DNA of 64,000 bases from Saprolegnia diclina VS20 (taxonomy: Eukaryota), in assembly GCF_000281045.1 (NCBI RefSeq), contig NW_008246099.1, positions 498,514 to 562,513 on the forward strand, given 5' to 3'. A model generated the notes under the pieces. That model made no database searches. It was not told where the DNA came from and worked only from the letters and a program-made list of their open reading frames with translations. The position numbers and the translations under genes are program-made. Positions 23,313 to 36,426 of this stretch are shown here, in pieces (positions within the stretch are counted from its first letter, which is position 1; each line of letters starts with the position of its first letter).

Positions 23313-25647
23313 TCAGATCGCGCGAAAGGCCATTGCGCCCGGCATGATACCCGTCGCCGTCGGCATGTTCACGGCCGCATTGTTGATGTTGTTGTTGCTG
23401 CTGTTGAGGAGGTCGTCCAGGCAAAAACCGAGCTCGTCCGTGTCTTCCATGTCATCCGACTTGCACGAATCACAGTCGCTCGCGTCGTTCGTGTCGAGAA
23501 CCGAGTCCATAAACATCGCAATCGAGTAGCCGGGCGGCGCCGTAAAGCCCGCGTAGGCCTCGCCGCTGGGCATGACGTGGCCGACGTCGATCTCGGTCGC
23601 CTCGACGAGCGGGCATGTCGATATGTTATGGCCCTCGCCGTGGCACTTGCGGCACTTGTACGTCTTGCTACTCGGGTTGCGCCGGTTGCGCGGTGGATCA
23701 CGCTTGCGCTTGCGCTTGGGCGCGCGCACGAGTGGCGGGCTCTTCAGATTTGAGTCCGCGACCTTGGCCTCGACGCGTGGCACGTCGATGCGCTTGTCCT
23801 TGTATGACTGTGCGTACGCCTCCATCGTGTAGCAGTAGCCATACGCCTGAAGGATGCGCTCCATCTTGTTGACGGCTTTGAGGCCCGCGATGAGGTGGCG
23901 GCATGGCAGCTCCATCTGGTCGCGATCAACACAAGTGCACGTGAGGTCGTTGAGGTTGACCATCTCCTGGTCGTGCATGGGCGCCGTGCTCCGGTACACA
24001 CAGTACATGCCGTCCGTCGTCGGCTTGGTCAAGTACATGTTGGCCATGGACTTTTGCGTCAGGTAAAAGTCCTTGGCAAACGGTGTCAAAACACGTTTTT
24101 CCTGGAGCCACTGGCGCGCCTTGGCATCGCGCTCAGCAACAGCTTTCGCCGCGCGCTCCATGCTCTTGAAGAGTGCTCCGAACGGCAGCGAGCGCTGAAC
24201 CTTGTGGCGCACGGCACCTATTGCACGCACATGGTATCAACCCTTCGACAATATTTCGAGAGGTATACCGTTGTCGTCGGTGAGGTGTTCCGTAAAGGTG
24301 GTCGTCGCGCTCTTGTACAGCCGGCGGCCCTCCATGTCGGCAAAGTTGGCCATATTGGCAAAGACGACCCACTTGACGGGCGGGATGTCTTCGAGGTACC
24401 GCCGCAGCGGGTAGCCGTACTTGGCGGTGAGCATGTCGAGCTTATGCATGTACATGGTGCGCGATGTCGACGCCTGGAGGTTCCAAATTTGCTCCTCAAA
24501 GCTCGGGCCGGAAAAATCGAAGTGCGCTTTCACAGCCTGGATGATGTGGAGGCAGCTAAACTTGAGCACGACCGGAATGTTGGTCGCCGAGAGCGCGCGG
24601 CCAGCGACGACCGCCTTCTTTTGGTCAACAAATAGTGGGTTGACTGTGATGCCCGCCGTCGTGCAGTTGGCGAAGAACCAAAAGTAGTTGTCGACGCTCT
24701 CCTTGGGCAGGATCGCAAACGCCACTACGACGTTCTGGCCATTGCCGTCCTTCTGCACAAGCGTGAGGGACGAGCCCTTGTAGTGCTTTGTCTTGAAGTG
24801 CGCGGCCTCGAGACCCATCACCGGCATGTTGCGCGGGCCCGCGGCGACAAAGACGCCAAAGGACACGAACGCGCGGTAGAAGCGCGACTTGGTGTCTGCC
24901 TCGAGCGACACGCGGCAAGTCGGGTTAGCGCGGCCAAACTCGGTGAGGAGCCACGGGATGTAGTTGTAGCTATTCTCAAGCTACACGGCAATGAGAGAGC
25001 GAACGAAAGCGTACGAGTGTGTGTGTACCTGCGACGTGTACTGCTCGAGGACCTTGTCCTTGACGCGGTAGAAGCCCGCCGACCGCGCCGAAAAGTTGGT
25101 ACCACCGAGTGCCTGGGCCAATACCATGAGATTGCATGCTGGACACATACGTGTCGTACCTGCATGCCGTTGACGAGCGACTCCTTTGACGAGTCATGCT
25201 GCGCGAGAACGAGCGCCTTGACGGCAGGAAGCATCGCAGCCTGACGCTCCGTGGCCTTGGACGTTGACGTACATGAGTCACAGTGCACGAGGCTCATGCC
25301 TACGCCGAGCATGATATATGCTGCTCATGCCAAGTCGAGGACGTACTGGCAATCTCGAAGGACTTGCCCGTGGAGCCCTTGCGGCGGATGCGCGTCGCCG
25401 TCACATGCCATTCGCAGGGCGTGCTCGTGCAGATGTATTGGCTCTTGCTGCCAGATCGAAAACCTAGAGAAATGCAGGCGGCATTGGGCCAGAGCCGAGA
25501 GGTGGCGTCTCGCGTACCCATCTTGCACGACGTGTCGCTGTTGAAGCAGTAGTCCTGCACAAAGTACTTGAAGTGCGTCGCCGACGGGAACTCGGCCTTG
25601 AGCATCGGCCGGTCGTAGCCGTGGAGCGCCTGCAGGTCAAAGGCCAT
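23313..25647 (-). mobile_element. Mutator-like (MULE) transposase-derived gene with N-terminal zinc-finger-like DBD, SWIM finger and CCHC knuckle; spliced and apparently intact
   Basis: YICTSTPCEWHVTA; SYNYIPWLLTEFGRANP; LEAAHFKTKHYKG..KDGNGQNVVVAFAILPKESVDNYFWFF; SWIM CTC..LPCRH; CRKCHGEGHNISTC; no TIRs recognised. Confidence 0.8.
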
Positions 25648-26714
25648 CCCTCCTCGCCCGTCGTCGCCTCTGCAATTCTTGAGAAATGGCCAGTGCGTTC
25701 CGGATGCATATCCGGATAGCTGCAAACCGCCGCTTTTTGCTGACACTCAGCCCGGCGCAAGTACAAGGTTGTTTGGTCCTTTGAAGCGGTACGATTTTTG
25801 TACGAGATCAAGCGAAGTACGCCAAACCATTCAAAAAGGAATCGGAGATTCACACATCCAGCTGCACTTTGGATCGACATGCACAGGGTTCGTTTGACCA
25901 CGCCCAGTATCGTACATATGCACGAGAAGGCATACTAGTAGGTTATGGTTGAGGTCCTCGATGCAGACAATGCCAAGCTCGTGCTGATCTGCAAAACGTT
26001 GCATGTGTCGGATTTTTTCTCCTTTATCCGGTGGGATCTGTTCAACTGATCTGCTTCGGGGCCGGCTGCGGGGTGCTCGTCCCGTGGACGAACTTCCTTG
26101 AGCTGAGCGTCACGTGGTAGAGTAGAAGTCGCCATGGAGATGGTCTGTTGTCACGGATGCGGGCCTCACGGTGAGAGAACCAACCCGCTCCTGCTTTCGA
26201 TCTTTTTCCTTCATGGGCTCCCTTTGCCGTCCAAGTCGAGAGGTAATTTTTTTAAAATTAATTAGCAAAGGAATGTGGCCCAACGTCGTCGACAGTGCAT
26301 TGCAGCTGTGCACTTCGTGCATATGACGATACTTCGACCCACGTGGATGCCCGTGCAGCGCGTCGCTGTCATGTTTAGGTAGCTGTGCAGGATGTGTCAA
26401 GCGAGGATTTGCCTTCAGTTGTCGTGGCAGGATATTTTCCGAAGCATGCATACGCGGGAGTTACGAGCTCTTGTTGAAACTGCAGGCATGAGTCTCTCGA
26501 TTCATTTTATATTCTGAATTGTAGTGAAGTTTGAAGAAGAATATACGCTCTGTGCTAGAACATTGACGTTTCGTTTGCGGTTCCCACATTGCCTGCGCCA
26601 CATCGACGACGTTGCCGTTGCAAAGCAGTAGTACTGCACACTGTAGTGTACGACGATGCACCTATATGCACCAGCAACTGCACAATGGCAGAAATCAATT
26701 TTTGACGACGCGCA

Positions 26715-28712
26715 ATGATGCTTTTCACGATCGGAAGGCTAACATTGCCTGAGCTCAGTCTCTTGGTCGCGACTGTCGTCGGCGTCTTCTTGTGGCTCGC
26801 TGCACGGCGCAGCCCGTATGGCCATCTTTTCGGCCCACCGCCCACAAGCTGGTTGTTTGGTTCTGGGTACTACCGCCTACCTGTTGCGTCTCCACTATCA
26901 TGATGATTATGACGAGCCATTCTAGACGAGAAGCGATGGACTTTTCGATCTGGTCGCAAGATGGCGGGTTTGGCGAACCCGGACTTATGTGGTGCGTACT
27001 CTTTGCCACCAGATCTAGCTCATAGAATGTGGCTCTTTATGCTGTAGGCTCAAGCGATACGGAAGCGTGTACTACTACCGCGTGCTCCACATGCACCGAG
27101 TTCGTTGCTTGTAAACGCCTTTGCGGCTCATGCTGCCGGTAGATTGTTGTCGCCGACCCTGTTGCCATCAAGCACGTCATGGTCACGCATGGAAGAAATT
27201 ACCCGAGGGCGCCAATCACACGCATCATATCAAAGGTACGCGTCCGTCCATCCTTTTTGCGGAAGATAATTCGGCGTGTAGAAACTTGCAGGCGGAGAGA
27301 GCCTCCTCTCGACCGAAGGGCGCAGCCACACGGCTCTACGCAAGCTCTTCAATCCCCACTTTGGCCAAGCCAGCGTCAAGACGATGCTTGGCATCTTCCA
27401 GCACCACACTAACGTCTTTATGGAGCAGCTCACGGCGAAGGAACCCGTGGATCTACAGAATCGTATGTTTTCGGCAGTTTCAGTGTGGACCCTACCCCTG
27501 TCGAACTGATTGGATTTCTGATTAGTGTTTACAAAAATGACGCTGGACGTGATTGGCGTCGCAGCATTTGGCTTCGATTTCCAGTCGCTCCTCGACAAGA
27601 ATGCCCGCGAGATCCAAGCGTACAACGATATTCACCTCACGCCGAGCTTCTTCGGTATCATCGGTTTCGTCTTTCTGCCGTTTTACGAGTACCTGCCATT
27701 GGCGTCCAACCGTCATCGTGCGGAAGCGCAGGCGGTGCTTCAAGGCGTCATCGATCGAGTGTTGCAGCAAAAAGTTGCTGCTCTGAATTCGGCCAAGGCT
27801 CGCGATGCTCCCAAGGACATACTGGACCTCATCCTCGAGCAGGCATCAGACATGTCGATGGCCGACATCCGCGCCATGCTGCTCATGTTCATGATCGCTG
27901 GCCACGAGGTACGGTAACAATGCCCGAAAGTCCCACTCACGTGCGTCACGGATAGACGACTGACAACACGCTGGGCTGGATCGTCTCGTTCGTGGCGCAG
28001 CACCCAGAAGTGGCTGCCAACGTCCACGAAGAGTGCTCGCGCATGCGCGGCGATGGCAACAACACGGTGCCAACGTGGGACGATCTCAGCAAGCTCCCTT
28101 ACCTCTCGGCCGTCATTCACGAGTCCATGCGCTTGCGTCCGACTGTGCCGGAGTTGCCATCCCGCCTTGCCCTTGAAGCCGACATGGTTCCACTGACCGA
28201 CGGCTCGCACCTGGCGGTTCCCAAGGTATTTTACTCGATATATCAGAAAGTTCAATGCCAAAGATTTCTACTAGGGGGCTAACATCTTTCTCGACATCAT
28301 CGCTATTCAGCGTAACCCGACGTACTGGAGCCGGCCCAACGAGTTCCTTCCAGGTGAACGGATGTGTGTAGAATCGACACTGCATCTCGTCGTGGTAGAG
28401 CGCTTCATTGAAGGCACCAATACATACGAAGCCGACTTGGCGCTCCGGGGCGGCAAGCCCAACACGTTTTGCTACTTTCCGTTCGGCCTGGGTGCGAGCT
28501 GGCATGAGATCTAGATCTGAACGAATGTAGGCGACAAGCGCTGCATCGGAAATCGATTTTCAATGACCGAGATGCTTGTCGTGCTCTCAGCCTTCTTCGC
28601 GAAATACCGCGTGGCGCTGACGTCGGCCGCCGACGTGAACGTGCGCAAGCACACGGGGACAATTGCGCCCGTTCACCTCGAGGTCCACCTCGCATCGATC
28701 GCCACCAAATAA
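26715..28712 (+). CDS. Cytochrome P450 (intact copy), 10 exons
   Basis: N-terminal TM + GPPPTSWLFG; I-helix AGHE|TT; ExxR IHESMRL; P|ERF; heme motif FGLG|DKRCIG; all 9 GT-AG introns splice in frame by hand. Confidence 0.9.
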
Positions 28713-28905
28713 ATGACGAGCAACAATATATTGAACCACATTTAATCTATTTGGACCATATGAAGCATAATTCACCGAAAACGTTGTGACAGACCAATTC
28801 ACAACGACGAAATGCAACATTGGTAATCGCAACCCGTGGCCGCTTCACAACCCTGCGCGACCAGATGCTCCCAACATTTTATCCGGATAATTGCCACTCG
28901 TCAAA

Positions 28906-30831
28906 ATGCTCGCGACGTCCGAGCTGCTGACGCTCGGCATCCCTGCAGTCCTCGCTGTCTGTGTCGCGGCACTGCTCGTTGCTCGGCGCAACCCATATGC
29001 CCACCTTCCAGGTCCACCGCCGACGAGCTGGCTCTTTGGCAACGGGTACCAAACACTTTTGGCCTCGGGATCGCCGTAACTGCGTCGGTGTAGGAAGGAA
29101 GCAATGGATTTTGCACTGTGGGAGCAAGACGGCGGCTTCGGGGAGCCCCATGTTTCGTGGTATGAGCACACCACCTATGCATGGTGACGCAGCGTTTTGA
29201 TCGCGTAGGCTAACGGGAGCATCTTCTACTACCGGATGCTTCACATCTACCGCGTACTGTACAAGCGATTTGTCCGAGTCTGCAACTGACTCGTACTAGG
29301 TCATCGTCACGGACGCGAACGCGATCAAGCACGTACTGGTTTCGAACGGCAGAAACTACCAGCGAACGCCTCTCATACGCACGCTTTTCCAGGTATGCAG
29401 CGCTGTAAACGTCCCNNNNNNNNNNNNNNNNNNNNNNNNNNNNNNNNNNNNNNNNNNNNNNNNNNNNNNNNNNNNNNNNNNNNNNNNNNNNNNNNNNNNN
29501 NNNNNNNNNNNNNNNNNNNNNNNNNNNNNNNNNNNNNNNNNNNNNNNNNNNNNNNNNNNNNNNNNNNNNNNNNNNNNNNNNNNNNNNNNNNNNNNNNNNN
29601 NNNNNNNNNNNNNNNNNNNNNNNNNNNNNNNNNNNNNNNNNNNNNNNNNNNNNNNNNNNNGCGATTGGGGTTGCGGCTTTTGGCTTCAATTTCGAGTCGC
29701 TTCGCAACAAGAACCCGCGCGAGATCGAAGCGTACAACAACCTCGCGCCGTCCTTCTTCACCATTATCGGCTTCGTCTTCGTGCCGTTTTACAAGTACCT
29801 CCCGTTGGCTTCGAACCGGCGCCGAGCCGAGGCGCAGTCCGTGCTGGAAAGCGTCATTGACCGAGTACTTCAGCAAAAGCTGTCTGCTCTCAAGACAGAA
29901 CGGACGGGCGCCCCGAATGACATTCTGGACCTCATTCTCGCCCATGCGTCCGGCATGTCGATGGCCAACATTCGAGCGTTGCTTCTCATGTTTATGATTG
30001 CTGGGCACGAAGTACGCACGACTCTACTGTTGCGATCTATTGACTCGCGACGTCTTCGGGTAGACGACAAACAACACACTCAGTTGGGTCGTCTAGTTCG
30101 TCGCGCAGCACCCACAAGTCGCAGAGAAAGTCAAGGACGAGTGTTCGCGCATGCGCGGTGAAAGCACGGACGAGACTCCGAGGTGGGAGCAGCTCGGTCA
30201 ACTCTCATACCTCTCGGCCGTCATCCACGAGACGATGCGCATGACGCCAACGTTGGCGGACGTATCGCGCGTCGCACTCGAAGCTGACGCTCTGCCTATG
30301 GATGGCGGCTCTTGGGTCGTCATTCCAAAGGTCTAGTGGACAACCCTTCCAAGCTCACTGGATTACTGAGGTAGGGCGCCAACATCTACTTTGACATTGT
30401 CGCGATCCATCGCAACCCGACGTACTGGAGCCAACCCGACGTACTGGAGCCAACCCAACGAGTTCCTTCCAGGTAGTAGGAGACGAGTCGAATCTACTCA
30501 TATCTCGCAGAACGATTCATTGAAGGCACCGATGTTTACGAAGCAGACTTGGTGCTGCGTGGCGGCAAGCCCAACACGTTTTGCTACTTTCCTTTCGGCC
30601 TCGGTGCGGCAAAGCCGACGATACTACTTTGTACTAACCAATGCTTTAGGCGACAAGAATTGCATTGGAAGTCGCTTCGCCATGGCCGAGATGCTTGTCG
30701 TGCTCTCTACTCTCTTCGCGAGATACCATGTGGCGCTAACACCTGCTGCCAACGTCAACGTCCGCAAACTAACTGCGACGATCACGCCCATGCACCTCGA
30801 GGTCTCGCTATCGTTGCTCCCGCATAACTAG
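28906..30831 (+). pseudogene. Cytochrome P450 tandem paralogue, disabled
   Basis: Same exon layout as 26715-28712 but apparent 7-nt deletion frameshift at ~29212, in-frame TAG at 30094-30096 (TCG in the intact copy) and a 19-bp duplication at 30414-30451; partly covered by an N gap. Confidence 0.8.
29416..29660. other. Assembly gap (245 N)
   Basis: Run of N. Confidence 1.
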
Positions 30832-31094
30832 CTAACACCATGTCATTTGAGCTCATCGATCATGGTCACATGGGAAAATTCGAGCTGCGGACGTGTCACC
30901 GTGAGTCGTTCCGGCTGCAAGCTCCACCGTGCTTCTGCGCGGCAAAACGTTTCCACACCACCTTGAATGATCTGCCAACACGTCTCTGCTATTTGGAATC
31001 GGCAATCCTACCAAGCATCCACCGTGGGTACATAATAGCTATTTATTATTTACCCCTGCTCCTACCTCTTCCACTGCCTGCTTCATCGCGCGAC

Positions 31095-31466
31095 TAGGGT
31101 GCCGATATCTTTTGATATTATGGCGATCCATCGCGATCCGACGTACTGGAGCCGACCCAACGAGTTCCTTCCAGATAAACTGAGACGAGTCGGAACTACG
31201 CACTACATGACGATACGGTAGAGCGCTTCATTGACGGCACGGACACCTACGAAGCCGACTTGACGCTCCCGGGTGGCAAGCCCAACACGTTTTGCTACTT
31301 TCTAAATGCCTTTGGTAGGCGAGAAGAGCTGCATTGACTGAGATGCTCGTCGTGCTCTCGGCCCTCTTTGCGACATACCGCGTCGAGTTGACGCCGGCTG
31401 CTCATTGGAACGTTCGCAAGGACACGGTGCTCCTCGAAGTTACGCTCACCGCTTACGACGCGTTAG
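31095..31466 (+). pseudogene. 3' relic of a third P450 copy
   Basis: CCGACGTACTGGAGCCGACCCAACGAGTTCCTTCCAG and GGCAAGCCCAACACGTTTTGCTACTTT match the paralogues; splice donor mutated (CCAGATAAAC); deletions around the heme motif. Confidence 0.8.
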
Positions 31467-31557
31467 CCATTTGCGAGCCCGGGTCCCCCTCTCGTTCCCC
31501 TAACCCGTGGCATTTGGAGGCACAATCAACATGGAATGATGATGCATGTACAAGTAG

Positions 31558-34500
31558 CTAGTGCGACGACTTTGCGAACGACGCGAGGTTGGGCGTCGAC
31601 GCTACGTGGCGCATGCCGATCTTGTTGTCTTTGCCGAGCGCCTTGAGGCTCATGAGTGGCGTCTCGTTTGGGTCGGTTTGGAAGCGAGGCGGCAGCCGAA
31701 GCCCCTTGGCTTTCGCGAGGTTGTCGACCTGGCACCCGCGCTGGAACATCTTGAGGTCCAGCTCGCCCGTCGTCTTGGTTGACGTGGTCGTGTTGGAGCG
31801 CTTCCGAGGTGGGCTCACGACCGGCCGGACGTCCTGGGACGTCATGATGTTGCTGTTGTCGGCCTCGTTGTCGATTTCGATCGCGAGCGCGTTTGCACTC
31901 GACTGCACCTGCGCGCGCGACTGGAGCCCAATCACAGCGTCCTCGATCGCGTGGATCCACTGCTCCTGGCGACCCCACGTGTCGGTGAGCACGAGAAAGT
32001 TCTTGTAGCCTTTGGTCGAGAAGACGAGGCCGTGGGCGCCGCTGCCGGGCCCGGCCGCCGCGCCGCCAAACGAGTACCACTTGCGCACGGACGTCGGGAT
32101 GACCCACTTCATGCGCGTCGTCCAGTTGGCCGTACCGCTCTGCAGCGTATCGCAGTACCAGAGTTTGTCGCACTTGCGGCAGAGGCCCACAAATGTGAGC
32201 GTAAACGTGAGCGCGTGGAACGGCATTGGCACAGGAAACTGAATAAAGGACGACGCGCGCGTGGGCTCGGGCACGGGGATGTGGTCGTGAATCTTGTCCT
32301 TCTTGTAGAGAAACCCGGTGATAAAGTCCTCCGTCGTGTTGACTTTGCAGTGGTGCGTCGCGGCGCCCGAAAATATCGTCTCGACATAGCCTAGTAATCA
32401 ATCTCTGCATAGATACATCTACCGGTGGTCGTACCAGACATGTAGACGTGGCTGCCAAGCGTTTCGGTCACGTACTGCGCCGCCGTCTCCTTGAGGTTGA
32501 CGCAGCCCGAGCAGAGCGGCGCGTGGCGCTGACCGAGAGGGGCCATCTCGACCGAGTTTTGACGGCCGACAACTGCTTCGAAGCGAACCCACGCCTCGTT
32601 GGTCGCCGTGTACTGCCGAACCACCTCTTGGCACGTGACACCGGCTTGGTCCTTTTGCACGGGCGTACTAGAGTCCATGAGATGTAGCCCATCAGCAACA
32701 CCATGCGTACTTGATGAGGGTAAATATGCTGTTGGCGATGGTTGTCATGTGACCCTTGTACTGGACGTGGCCGTGGTACGACGTAATGACAAGCTCGAGG
32801 ATGCTGCTCGACGGCAGAAAGAGGCTGTTGAGCAGCGGGCAGGACGGCAGTCGCTTCTGGTCCGGGTCTAAGAGCACAAAGCGAATCACGTCCGTGACCT
32901 CGTGGTGCAGCATCGAGTTGCTCGGGCTCGCGGCAAAGCACGCCATGAGCGCCGGCATGCACCCGGCCTGGGCGAGGGCTGCATTCAGCACGCCGTGCTG
33001 CATAAAGATGCAGCGCTTGAGAAACGTCACAACGCACAGCAGCGCGTTGCCCCGGGGCGCAGCTGTCTTGCGCGTCACCACGTCGTGGCAAAGGTGTACA
33101 AAGCGGCCGACCCGGGGTACGACGACGTCCACAAGTGCCTTTTGGCAGTCGCGAAGAAGCCCCTCGACGGACGCGACATCGCGCTTTTTCTTGTGGTAGC
33201 CCAGCGTGCTCATGAGCATGAGCAGCACCGAGAGCGCGCCACCATCCTGCAGCACATACGCGCACGGGAGTTTGATCTGGCGCGAGAGTTCGGCGAGACC
33301 GAGCGACAAGAAGACGGCAAACACCGTCTCCGTCATGACGAGATGCGCGAGGAGCGACCGGAGGAGCTCGTTCTGGCGGCCGGCGGGGCTCCGGTCCGTG
33401 ATGAGTGGCAGTGTAAAGTCTGTGTTCTCGACGAACGTCGCGACGTTGCCAATGACGTACACGGACGGCGGAAAGAGAATGTACTTGAGAAGCGCGCAAA
33501 TGTTCTCGACCGAGTCGCGCTGGTACGCTGTGCCGACGCCCCAGCTCAGCGTGCGCTGCCACGAGCAGAGCCGGTCGAGCATGCACCCAAAGAGACCGCT
33601 CTCGGCCAAGTGGAGCTGCCCCGTCTCCGAGAGGTCCGAGTACAAGATCCAGACGAGCGAGTCCCGGATCGAGTCGAGGCCGACGTGGCACACAACCCAG
33701 GGAACGATGTGACTCGCTTCGCGCGAGAAGAAGAGAAGAATGCTCGGGCCGAGGCCACGGTCGTTCACGTACGTGTTGACGACCTTGCAGAAGAGCACGA
33801 CGAGAACATCGTCGAGCGACCCGCTCTTGCACAGAAAGTTGAAAAGGACCTTGAAGTACGCGACGCAGACGTCGGCGTCGACAGCGCCCTGCCGCTCAAA
33901 GATCTTGCGGTCGTACCACAAGGCGATCTCGCAGCAAAAGTGCTGCATCTTGTACGCGCCGTAGACCGGGTCGAGGTTCATGGACGGCGGCGCGGTCAGG
34001 TGTTTGAAGATGTCGAAGACAACGTTGGGCGTTGTGAGCCAGCGCATGATTTTGGGGTTGCGCAGCACTTCGCGCTTGAGGATGTCGACGTCGATGCCCG
34101 CCTCGTCAGCCAGCTCAAGCAGCGCGCGCAGCGTAAACTCGGGCTGGTTGATTGCATCTTCGATCTGCTTGCGCTGGTCCTTGACCGAGTCCTACCACCG
34201 TGCGTGGGGCATTGATCCACTGATAGCCAACACGCACGCTCTCGGCCCGCTGGCGCAGAAAATCTTCAATTTCTTGGAAGCCTGCGGCGGTCGCGATGGC
34301 TTCGGCGTTCTTTCCGTCGCGCTACAGAGTACTCCATGTCAGCTCATGCCACGCAACAGACCCTCACGTCTTTGCAGTCGAGCTGCGCGCCGGCGTCGGC
34401 GAGGGTCTTGACAATACTCAAGTGCCCTGCCCGCGCCGCTTCCATGAGCGCTGTTGTCGAGCTTGGCTAGTCAACATCCTCGCGCCCGTGCCACCATCTT

Positions 34501-35756
34501 AATACAAATCGTACGCTGGGGATATCGAGGTCGGCGTGGGCTTCGATGAGAGCGACGAGGCAGTCGTCTTTGCCGCTGCGCGCCGCCATGTGCAGCGCCG
34601 TCGTGCCTCGTTTCTACATCGACGATGAGCGCCGACGGACGCGTCTTTTGCTTGCGCACCCGGTTCCGCGACAGATTGATGCACGCGCCCTTCCGAATCA
34701 AGTAGCGCACGCACGCCTCGGCGCCGTCCCGCGCCGCAATCATGAGCGCCGAGTTGTCGTGGACCTATCCACGACGCGTCAGCGCGGTAGATGGGACAAG
34801 GCATCGCACATCTTCGGCGTCGATCGAGGCGCCAAACGTGACGAGAGCCCGCGCCACTTCCACGTTGCCAGCCGAGCACGCCACCATGAGCGGCGTCGTG
34901 CCGTTGGGCTACAGCTCACCACTTCACAAGACGCACGGGAGAGACGACGTCAGAGCACCTTGTGGTCGTCCAAAGAGACACCGACCGCGTGCAGCGCCTC
35001 GATGCAATCGACGTGGCCGTTCTCAGCCGCGTCACAGAGCGCATTGGCCCACGCCGTAGTCTAACTCGTTTGGAGTAGCGAGCGCAAGAGTTGTCGATGT
35101 ACCTCGATACTCTGGGGGCTGCATGTCTGGAGCAGCGACCGCAAGATCAGCCCTTCGCCGAGACGGCAGGCTGTCGACGCTGCCGACGGTAGGTCGTCAC
35201 CGACAAGCTTCTCGAGCGCTGCAGACCCCGAGACGAAGGCGAAGGCAATCTGCGCAGGCTTCTTCCGCAGGAACTGATCGGCATGGAACTTGGAGAGGCG
35301 CACGATCGGTATGTCGACCGTTTGCCGCCCAGACGAGTGGAAGCCCTCAAAGAGCATGGACGGACCCTTGTACTCTTCGCGCTCCACGAAGACGCAGCCC
35401 GTGATGCCTGCTTTAAGGAGGCGCCGCATGATGTCGGGAAAGTGGACGCGGCCACCACGCTCGACGACCGCAATGTTGCCGCTGAGCTCAGCCACGTTGC
35501 GCAGCTCTGTGTCGGCCTTGGGCGGGTTTACAAAGACGGGCTGGCCAAGCACCTATGCAGTACATGAGGCATGGGCCGTCGATGGTCGCTCTACCTGGCT
35601 GCCCGTCCCGCTGTACTTGTAGCTCGAAGGCTCGGCAAAATGGTGCTCGCCGTCCCAGACGACAAAGGGTACGCCTGGGTAGTGGTCCATACGCAGAGCG
35701 CTGCCACGTGTCGACGCCTGGCGCGAGCTTCGGTCCTGCGACTGGTCGTTGCCCAT
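31558..35756 (-). CDS. Multidomain protein: PA domain + ~5-6 ankyrin repeats + SAPS (PP6 regulatory subunit)-like domain + PH-like domain, multi-exon
   Basis: MGNDQS start; PA: LSGNIAVVERGG; ANK: GTTPLMVACSAGNVEV, SALMIAARDG, TTALHMAARSG, TTALMEAARAGH; SAPS-like: FTLRALLE, NSMLHHEV, YKGHMTTIANSI, W..F....RQNSVE; PH-like: GFLYKK...EQWIHAIEDAV; junctions checked in frame at 34140-34520 and 32390-32710. Confidence 0.75.
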
Positions 35757-36426
35757 GGTCCGTGGTTGTCGGCGATCTTGGCTCTCCTTGGAATGTGTAT
35801 TACCTCCGGTCAAAAAGACCCAGCATGCTCAAATGGGTGGGTTTCTGCGCTTTTACAGTCCGCACTTTGTTGCAACAAGGGAGATTCCCTGCTGAGCTAC
35901 AGGTGATTCTGAGTGCAAGGTGCTACTGCAACTGATTCGAGGTACTTTCTCTGACAGAGCCTCGACACATATTTAGTGTTAGTCAGAATATACTGTTTCA
36001 TCCCAGAAAGGGTTATGCGGGCATCTCGAAGGCGCTGCAGCATGCTTGCCTCGTTGCTGCAACATGCCTGAATCAACGCAGGCTTGTTAGACGAATATGA
36101 AGCTGGTCGCTGCGACCTCGTACCTTGACTGCAGCGTTGGATACTAATTTCGTTGAGACGACCTCGTGCATACACAGCCAGAGTCCTCTGCTAGCAGTCT
36201 ACTGCAATAGGGTAGCGCATTCTACATGTATTTACTGGGCTATTTGCCCATACCGTCCGTTGTCGCTGCTGCGTGTGCGTGAGTTTGTTTGGCCCTGGCG
36301 AAGCTGGCGACGGATCTTTTGTTTGCTTACACTATTTCCGGCAGTCAGCGGCGCGTGATTGGCGTAATCGAGGGCTGTTTTTGGCCAATGAGCGGCGAGC
36401 AATTCTGCTCGGAGCACACGTGGAGC

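Noticed and set aside
21607..31466. Steroid-hormone gene cluster (NPC1-like + P450s, with ABCB1 further away)
   Set aside because: P450 substrate is unknown, two of three copies are dead and unrelated genes intervene; adjacency alone is insufficient.
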